Shown in pieces: positions 26,280-32,000 of a DNA stretch of 32,000 nt. How positions within the stretch are numbered: the first letter of the stretch is position 1; the number at the start of each line of letters is the position of its first letter. The translations under genes and the position numbers were made by a program. Location of the stretch: assembly GCA_025839675.1 (NCBI GenBank), contig CP104013.1, forward strand, positions 4,470,001 to 4,502,000, written 5' to 3'. Source of the stretch: Candidatus Lokiarchaeum ossiferum (lineage in GTDB: Archaea > Asgardarchaeota > Lokiarchaeia > Sigyniarchaeales > Promethearchaeaceae). A model generated the notes under the pieces. It ran no database searches. It was not told the origin of the DNA and saw only the letters and a list, made by a program, of their open reading frames with translations.

Positions 26280-27317
26280 TCATGATTCATCTTCTATATT
26301 GAATTGCATTATTTTTAAACCATTAATACCATCGGCGAAATAAATATATCCCTCAGTATAGCATACATCAAAGGCTTCTCCTCCTTCATGGGTACGACCA
26401 AGTTCTTTAGGGCTATTAGGATTGGAAATATCTACAGCTACTAAACCAGTTTCATATTCTGTTGTATATACAATAGATTCTCCTATCGAAACTCCAAAAG
26501 GCGTATCATTGCTACGAAATGTGCTTATTTCAGAAATTTCTGAGGGATCTTCGATATTTAAAATATATAAGGCTCCAACTTCGGCTTCTCCATGGTCAGT
26601 AGTGATAAGGAAATTATCCTTGATTAGGAGATTGAAGAAATCAACTCCTTGAATGATATATTCTCCCATCTTAACTGGGGTTTTAGAATTACTCACATTG
26701 TATGATTCAATATTTGAAAAGGAATTTCCATGATCTATAACATAGCATACCTGATCGTCAATTTTTACTTGCGTTGCTTTGTTATCCACAGAAATTGAAG
26801 ATAATCTTATTGGAGCTGCGGCATTAGTAATGTTCAATATTTCAACACCGAGAGTTCCTGCTCCAATATATGCAATTCCATTCACAACTTCAACACTAAA
26901 AATGGGCGTTCCGGATCGATAATGGCTAATTCGATGGATATTATTATAATCACTGATATTTAAAATTTCCAAACCATTTTGCATATTCGCGCAGTAAGCC
27001 AAATTATCAACAATTTCAAAATCATAAATTATTCCTGATTCAAAGTAGGATCCTAAATGCTTTGGGTTGGATGGGTCAGAAACATCTATCAGTGATAATC
27101 CTAATCCGGTTCCTTGAGGTGTTTTATCTAAAATATACGCAATATCACCGAAAACTTTGACTTTTCGGCATTCTCCATTTCCTTCATATTGTCCAAGCAC
27201 TACAAACTCTCCTTTAGATTGATCAATGGGAATTATATCAAAAGTGATAAATCCAATTATAATTAAAGCGAGAATTATCGGTACTGATAGAATCAACAAA
27301 ATTTTTTTTTTTTCCAT
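26280..27317 (-). CDS. Membrane-anchored/secreted LVIVD-repeat beta-propeller protein
   Basis: N-terminal anchor MEKKKILLILSVPIILALIIIGFI. Repeated units include NLAYCANMQNGLEILNISDYNNI, GIAYIGAGTLGVEILNITNAAAPI, IVYTTEYETGLVAVDISNPNSPKEL and GYIYFADGINGLKIMQF, typical of the LVIVD repeat family. Confidence 0.75.
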   Translation of the reverse strand: MEKKKILLILSVPIILALIIIGFITFDIIPIDQSKGEFVVLGQYEGNGECRKVKVFGDIAYILDKTPQGTGLGLSLIDVSDPSNPKHLGSYFESGIIYDFEIVDNLAYCANMQNGLEILNISDYNNIHRISHYRSGTPIFSVEVVNGIAYIGAGTLGVEILNITNAAAPIRLSSISVDNKATQVKIDDQVCYVIDHGNSFSNIESYNVSNSKTPVKMGEYIIQGVDFFNLLIKDNFLITTDHGEAEVGALYILNIEDPSEISEISTFRSNDTPFGVSIGESIVYTTEYETGLVAVDISNPNSPKELGRTHEGGEAFDVCYTEGYIYFADGINGLKIMQFNIEDES

Positions 27318-28043
27318 TGTAATTTCAAAATTATTTTAGAGGAAGTGCTAAATAAACATTTGAATCAAAGAATAAAGCATCATACTAAAAAAAATGAATA
27401 GATTCAAAAAAAAAAAAAGAAAAGATGATGAATGAATTCACAAAAAATAAATAAAACTCGCAAAGAAATATGAGTGAATGATTCTAGTAGATATTAATTT
27501 AAATCAAGTTAATTATATCAAAGATAATTGTAGCAAGAAAAATTCTATTACTTCAGAAAAGGAGTGATCCGCATTTCATTTAAAATTCAAAATATTTTTA
27601 TTGACTTTTTATAAAAAAAATGGTTGCACTTTCAATTAAAATGAATTGAAAATCGATAGTTACAATAAAATTTTTTCTCCCAAATTGCAAAATATATCAT
27701 GTTGGGACACAATAATTAAAAATGCATATTAATCATGAGGTGAATTATGTACAGAATTCTTTCTGATCAAGATTTTTTCTATATTTTATGAAAATGAGAT
27801 ATTATTTCCCATATGTATCCATAAGCCTACAGAAGTATATGCTGGATTTTTTTTTTTATCATGAAATTGCTTAAATGAATTAGGGGTTGTGTGAATGAAC
27901 AGGCAATCTCGGGTTTAGCAATCATGAATCAAAAAGACAAATGAAAATTCATGTAACTTTTTTTTTTTCAAAATTTTTTCGTATATTCCGAGACAAGCTC
28001 TCAGTTGAAGCGTTTTCTGAAGAGAGAAACATAGTTATACTTA

Positions 28044-30392
28044 TTATTTTTTTGTGTTTTTGGTATCTTCCCACGTGTGAATCATAGTTAAAATTTCTTC
28101 ATATGTAAAGGGTTTTTGGAGAAACCCCGCAATGGAATAATCTTTAAATTTTTCCTCGATATCATATTCGGTATACCCGCTAGAAATAAAGATGGGTAAT
28201 GTTGTACTATTTTCCCGAATTTTTTGAAATGCAGTAAAACCATCCATGTGAGGCATGATCAGGTCTAAAATAATTAAATCATATGATTGGGATGAATTTA
28301 TTACTTTTTTTAAAGCATCCATGCCCGAATTTGCGGTGTCCACTTTGTGTCCCATCCGTGACAAATATTTTTGACCCACTTTTAACACCGAGGGTTCGTC
28401 ATCTACGAGTAGGATTGAGTAATGTAATTTTTGGGCTGTAAACTCTTCAATTAGTGTCTTGGTGTTGTCTCCATTGCTTTTCTGTTCATAAATTGGAAGA
28501 ACCACATTGAATGTTGTCCCTAAGTCTTTCTTTGAACTCACGATGATCGTTCCCTTGTGACTTTGTACAATACCTAAAACTGCGGATAATCCCAATCCTC
28601 GTCCTTTCTCCTTCGTTGTAAAAAATGGTTCAAATATTTTTGGTAAAATGTCCGGTTCAATGCCTTTGCCCGTATCTTCAACTTTAAAAAGTACATACTT
28701 ATCTGGTCTTAAATTGGTTTTGAGGTATGAATGTGCTAAAAATGCCTCGTCACAATACTTTTGTTCAGTGGATACCCGGATTACTCCTTCTTGCCCATCT
28801 AATGAATCTGAAGCATTTAGAATCAAATTCATAATTACTTGTCGAATTTGGGTAGGATCGCCTCTAATGGACGATAATTCAGGTGATAGGGAAATATCAA
28901 AGGTGGCATTTTTGGAAACTAACCGTTTTAATAAATTTTCCATGCTGGAGACTTCTTCATTAAGAAAAATGGGTTTATCTTGGATCTGGCGTTTTCCTGC
29001 ATATAAAAGCATTTGCTGACTTAAATCGGCGGCTCTTTTGGCAGAATCAATGATATCATTCAAACATTCTCTTGTACCAGAATTTTCTGTTGCATCCATA
29101 AGGGCCAGTTCGGCATTCCCTAAAATTCCAACTAAGAGATTATTGAAATCATGGGCAATGCCTCCAGCTAAAATTCCCAAACTTTCGAGTTTCTGTGTGG
29201 TTAACACCTTCCGATCCATATTTTTCTTTTCACGTTCGATTCGGCGTAATTTACTTACATCTTGGAATGAAGTCATTAATAATGGTTGGTCATTAATTTC
29301 GACAAGATTAGTATTGATGATGGCCTCAAATAAATCTCCATTCTTACGCTTGAATTTGACTTCAAAATCTCTGATACTTTTATTGTGTTGAATTTTATCG
29401 ATTGTCTGTGTCCTATCAACTGAATTTGCATATGTGTCCAAACTATTTAGATTCGTAAATTCTTCAATAGTGTAACCAAACATATTTAAAAGGCTTTGAT
29501 TACTGTCGATTATAGTTCCATCCATTTGTGAAATTGCCACCCCAATGGGGGAGTTTTCAAACAAGCTTCGGTATTTCGATTCACTGCGGCGCAAATTCTC
29601 TTCCATCTTTTTTCGATCACTGATATCAAGGAAAAGTGTAACAAAATGATCCGGTTGGGGTGAATATGCATTTACAAGCCAAGTTTTCTGTAATATTTCA
29701 TCATATTGCTCAAAAGTGAAAGGTTTTCTTGATTTTGCAACCTTTCCATAAGTTTGCACCCAATTTATGGTCGAGTCAAATATATTTGGAATAACTTCAC
29801 TCACTTTTCGCCCAATGACTAAATCGTGTTCCAAGCCAGTTAATTCGGTAAATTTTTCATTAATATCCAAAAAAATATAGTCAATCGGTTCCCCCTGTGA
29901 ATTATAAAGCATCTTGTGGAAGGCATATGCGCTATTCATATTTGTAAAAAGAAATCGATAATTGCGGTGATATTCTTCTCGTTCTCTAATAAGGGCATAA
30001 TTGGCCGTGATATCAATCATTTCTGCAACCATGTGGCTCATTTTCCCTTCGTCATCAAGCAATGGGTAAGCATTGATATTCAATAAGATCTTTTTTTTAT
30101 TTGGCCATTCAATAAATTGGCGGATGTTGTGGACGGGAGCTAGATCCTTTTTGACACGTGTAAATGGCTGATCTTCCTCTGAAAATGGATTTCCATCTAT
30201 GTCGGTGGTTTTCCATTGTGGTGAATTGTAAACCCGATCCGTGATAGATTCTTTCTTGATTCCCAGAATATTTTCTGCTGCTTTATTAGCATATACAATG
30301 CTGCCAGAAATATCCACTATGACCGTAGCCAAATTGCATTTATCAATAATTTTTTTCCAGATTTGATCTTGGGAGGAGAATGAAAACATCAA
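28044..30392 (-). CDS. Hybrid sensor histidine kinase / response regulator with three PAS domains
   Basis: PAS-like blocks: ATVIVDISGSIVYANKAAENILG; YRFLFTNMNSAYAFHKML...; YRSLFENSPIGVAISQMDGTIIDSNQSLLNMFGY. H-box GGIAHDFNNLL, N-box IMNLILNASDS, G1 VEDTGKGI, F/G2 FEPFFTTKEKGRGLGLS. The C-terminal receiver has ILLVDDEP...DLIILDLIMPHMDG...LQKPF. Confidence 0.9.
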   Translation of the reverse strand: MMFSFSSQDQIWKKIIDKCNLATVIVDISGSIVYANKAAENILGIKKESITDRVYNSPQWKTTDIDGNPFSEEDQPFTRVKKDLAPVHNIRQFIEWPNKKKILLNINAYPLLDDEGKMSHMVAEMIDITANYALIREREEYHRNYRFLFTNMNSAYAFHKMLYNSQGEPIDYIFLDINEKFTELTGLEHDLVIGRKVSEVIPNIFDSTINWVQTYGKVAKSRKPFTFEQYDEILQKTWLVNAYSPQPDHFVTLFLDISDRKKMEENLRRSESKYRSLFENSPIGVAISQMDGTIIDSNQSLLNMFGYTIEEFTNLNSLDTYANSVDRTQTIDKIQHNKSIRDFEVKFKRKNGDLFEAIINTNLVEINDQPLLMTSFQDVSKLRRIEREKKNMDRKVLTTQKLESLGILAGGIAHDFNNLLVGILGNAELALMDATENSGTRECLNDIIDSAKRAADLSQQMLLYAGKRQIQDKPIFLNEEVSSMENLLKRLVSKNATFDISLSPELSSIRGDPTQIRQVIMNLILNASDSLDGQEGVIRVSTEQKYCDEAFLAHSYLKTNLRPDKYVLFKVEDTGKGIEPDILPKIFEPFFTTKEKGRGLGLSAVLGIVQSHKGTIIVSSKKDLGTTFNVVLPIYEQKSNGDNTKTLIEEFTAQKLHYSILLVDDEPSVLKVGQKYLSRMGHKVDTANSGMDALKKVINSSQSYDLIILDLIMPHMDGFTAFQKIRENSTTLPIFISSGYTEYDIEEKFKDYSIAGFLQKPFTYEEILTMIHTWEDTKNTKK

Positions 30393-30846
30393 GATAGTAT
30401 TGTGAAATGAACCTTTATATTTTTTTAATAATTATTTTTGGTCAAAATTACTCGAAATTGATCTCCAGATCACAATAGATTTTGTCTAAACTTAGGTGAT
30501 TGAGTTATTCTTCCAATTTTCCTAAAAAATGAGATATGTTTTTATAATAAATATAGAATAATGGAGTTTTCTTTGAGATTGAATGTATTACTCCGAACTA
30601 AATACATGTAATACTCAATAAAGAAGAATATGGGATCATTAATGGTCTTGTATCTAATTTGACTAAAGACCAATAATTTAAATATCTATCTGGATAATTG
30701 GATTCATTCTTATTGCAAATAATTGTCTTGATAATGACAAAAATCATACTAAAAAAGATTCTTTATTCTTGAAAAGGAATGAATGTTGTACGTAACCACA
30801 AAAAAACAAGATTAATTAAGACATCACATCTTATCCATATTAACAA

Positions 30847-31257
30847 ATGATCAAAGGTTTGCAAATCTGTGATTCGAAGGGATTTCCAATTTATACTCGA
30901 ACCGCAAATAATTTTACTGGGATTAATGGGACATTAATGAGTGGTTTAATTTCTGCCATCGGTGTCATGGGAAAAGAGTTGTTTAAACAAAATATTGCAA
31001 ATATCACATTTGGGGAAGGTAGTAATACTTCCTATCTCACGATTATTAGAAAAGAACTGTTTAAAGAAAATAAATCCATTGATTTTGTATATTTTTCGGA
31101 GCAGAAGTGTGATTTAGCATCATTAAATAATATTTCCACAACAATTTTTATAGATTCAAAACGAGATTTAATTGATTCTTCAAAAGTTAGGGATGATTTA
31201 AAGCCTCGCATTAATAAAATTATTGATTTGAACTTTCTTGAGATATTTCAAGATTAA
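30847..31257 (+). CDS. Small alpha/beta protein, possible Roadblock/longin-like (SNARE-like fold) regulator
   Basis: The N-terminal pattern MIKGLQICDSKGFPIYTRT....INGTLMSGLISAIGVMGKELF...IANITFGEG..YLTII recalls the i.g..i.d..G.p.......d..l.sGfl.Ai..f..el....i..i pattern of small archaeal longin/roadblock-type proteins. The size of 136 aa fits. Confidence 0.35.
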   Translation: MIKGLQICDSKGFPIYTRTANNFTGINGTLMSGLISAIGVMGKELFKQNIANITFGEGSNTSYLTIIRKELFKENKSIDFVYFSEQKCDLASLNNISTTIFIDSKRDLIDSSKVRDDLKPRINKIIDLNFLEIFQD

Positions 31258-31291
31258 TTTTATTGGAATGTTCGCTTTTCTGCAAAAAGAG

Positions 31292-32000
31292 TCAAGAATT
31301 CGGGTTTCCACTGTTATTTTTAAGATATTTTAAAATTCTTTTATCTTTTTCATATCTTTTTAATTGTTTTCGTTCGTTTTTATAAATTGAAATCATTTTC
31401 TTAATGGAATTATCCATTAAAACAGCTTGGTCAACATTGAGTTTTATGCTTTTATCATATTTTTGATCTACCTTCAAAACCCAAGCATTAATTTTATCTA
31501 TTTCTTTTCGAATTTTTTTTGATAAATAACTTCGAGCATTCTTCGCATGAAAGGCTTCCAAGGTTTCCAAATAAGGAATCCATTCACGAATGTACATCCG
31601 AATTGTATTAAACCATCCTTTATCTTCAAAATCTACTAAATTATATTCTATTGCAAGGCGATATTCATCAAACAACTTTAATTCTTGAAAATTGGTTAAT
31701 CGTTTGTTAAACGAAAGGATTTTTTCTTTAGTCGCTTGATTCCTGAAATTTTTAATGATTTTTTCTTGTGATGGACTAAATTTTCGAATAATTCGAGGTT
31801 TGGAAAAAAAATTGGATTTATTTAAGTAGTGTTCAAATTCATTTGCTGGAATGTCCTTAACACTATCTAAAAACTCTTTTTGAATTTGATCGATCTGGCG
31901 ATAAAATTGATTCTTGGCTCCTATGCCATAATCGTTCTTTTTGGATTTAAAATTTCCTTGTTGAGCAACAAAATTGGTCCAGTTGGCCTCTAATTCCTCA
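31292..32000 (-). CDS. Hypothetical protein, partial; N-terminus lies beyond the window edge
   Basis: The track lists only 31292-31675 (TTG start). My reverse translation shows the same frame stays open to the window edge: EELEANWTNFVAQQGNFKSKKNDYGIGAKNQFYRQIDQIQKEFLDSVKDIPANEFEHYLNKSNFFSKPRIIRKFSPSQEKIIKNFRNQATKEKILSFNKRLTNFQELK-LFDEY.... No motif recognised. Confidence 0.55.
   Translation of the reverse strand, partial: EELEANWTNFVAQQGNFKSKKNDYGIGAKNQFYRQIDQIQKEFLDSVKDIPANEFEHYLNKSNFFSKPRIIRKFSPSQEKIIKNFRNQATKEKILSFNKRLTNFQELKLFDEYRLAIEYNLVDFEDKGWFNTIRMYIREWIPYLETLEAFHAKNARSYLSKKIRKEIDKINAWVLKVDQKYDKSIKLNVDQAVLMDNSIKKMISIYKNERKQLKRYEKDKRILKYLKNNSGNPNS

Noticed and set aside
27302-27313. 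12-nt homopolymer (A12 on the coding strand) right after the start codon of the LVIVD gene, as a slipped-strand phase-variation switch
   Set aside because: A/T homopolymers of 8-13 nt are frequent throughout this window, in both coding and non-coding regions (e.g. 5020-5030, 18471-18482, 25271-25280, 27405-27417). This run is not distinctive and simply encodes KKK in a signal-anchor n-region.
31292-31675. Complete 127-aa gene starting at TTG 31675, as listed in the track
   Set aside because: The same reading frame has no stop between 31676 and 32000, so this is more likely the C-terminal part of a longer gene truncated by the window edge.
1-32000. tRNA/rRNA genes and mobile elements
   Set aside because: I found no ~75-nt GC-rich island with cloverleaf potential, no rRNA-like conserved segments, and no transposase, integrase or terminal inverted repeats. 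I cannot run tRNAscan or Infernal, so small ncRNAs in the long intergenic regions (212-661, 16695-17083, 23210-23632, 24374-24741, 27318-28043, 30393-30846) remain possible.

Overview
This is a visibly AT-rich, gene-dense window with about 30 protein-coding genes. I could not recognise any rRNA, tRNA, CRISPR array, transposase or integrase. The context reads as archaeal: GGTGA(TC) Shine-Dalgarno-like motifs complementary to the 16S 3' end, oligo-T tracts after stop codons, many winged-helix regulators, an LVIVD propeller protein and a RuBisCO-like gene. The eukaryote-like content suggests an Asgard/Lokiarchaeia-like genome, but that is inference only. Ordinary content: a partial histidine phosphatase, an IscU-like Fe-S scaffold, an SDR oxidoreductase, a SAM methyltransferase, the ZIP transporter ZupT, a PAS/PAS/PAS hybrid histidine kinase, several polytopic membrane proteins and wHTH regulators. 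Two things stand out. (1) A block at about 5.1-15.6 kb encodes a 24-nt-repeat (AEEEAAKK)n helical-rod protein with a double zinc ribbon and a small Ras-superfamily GTPase with a polybasic tail. It also encodes a 1244-aa protein whose N-terminus looks like a Ras-like G domain with all nucleotide-binding motifs degenerated, fused to a huge TPR/alpha-solenoid. Immediately downstream is a 451-aa protein made of two tandem copies of a ~225-aa unit that resembles a eukaryotic BAR domain at motif level. I interpret this block as a candidate, apparently undescribed, archaeal membrane-remodelling/trafficking-like module. (2) An otherwise perfectly preserved form-IV-type RuBisCO-like gene is interrupted by a 31-nt insert that is exactly coextensive with a 13-bp hairpin and carries stop codons in both relevant frames. 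No single frameshift can rescue the gene. The options are a very recent disruption, an assembly artefact, RNA-level excision, or gene-60/byp-like translational bypassing between two Ile codons. All homology statements come from reading motifs by eye; no searches were run.
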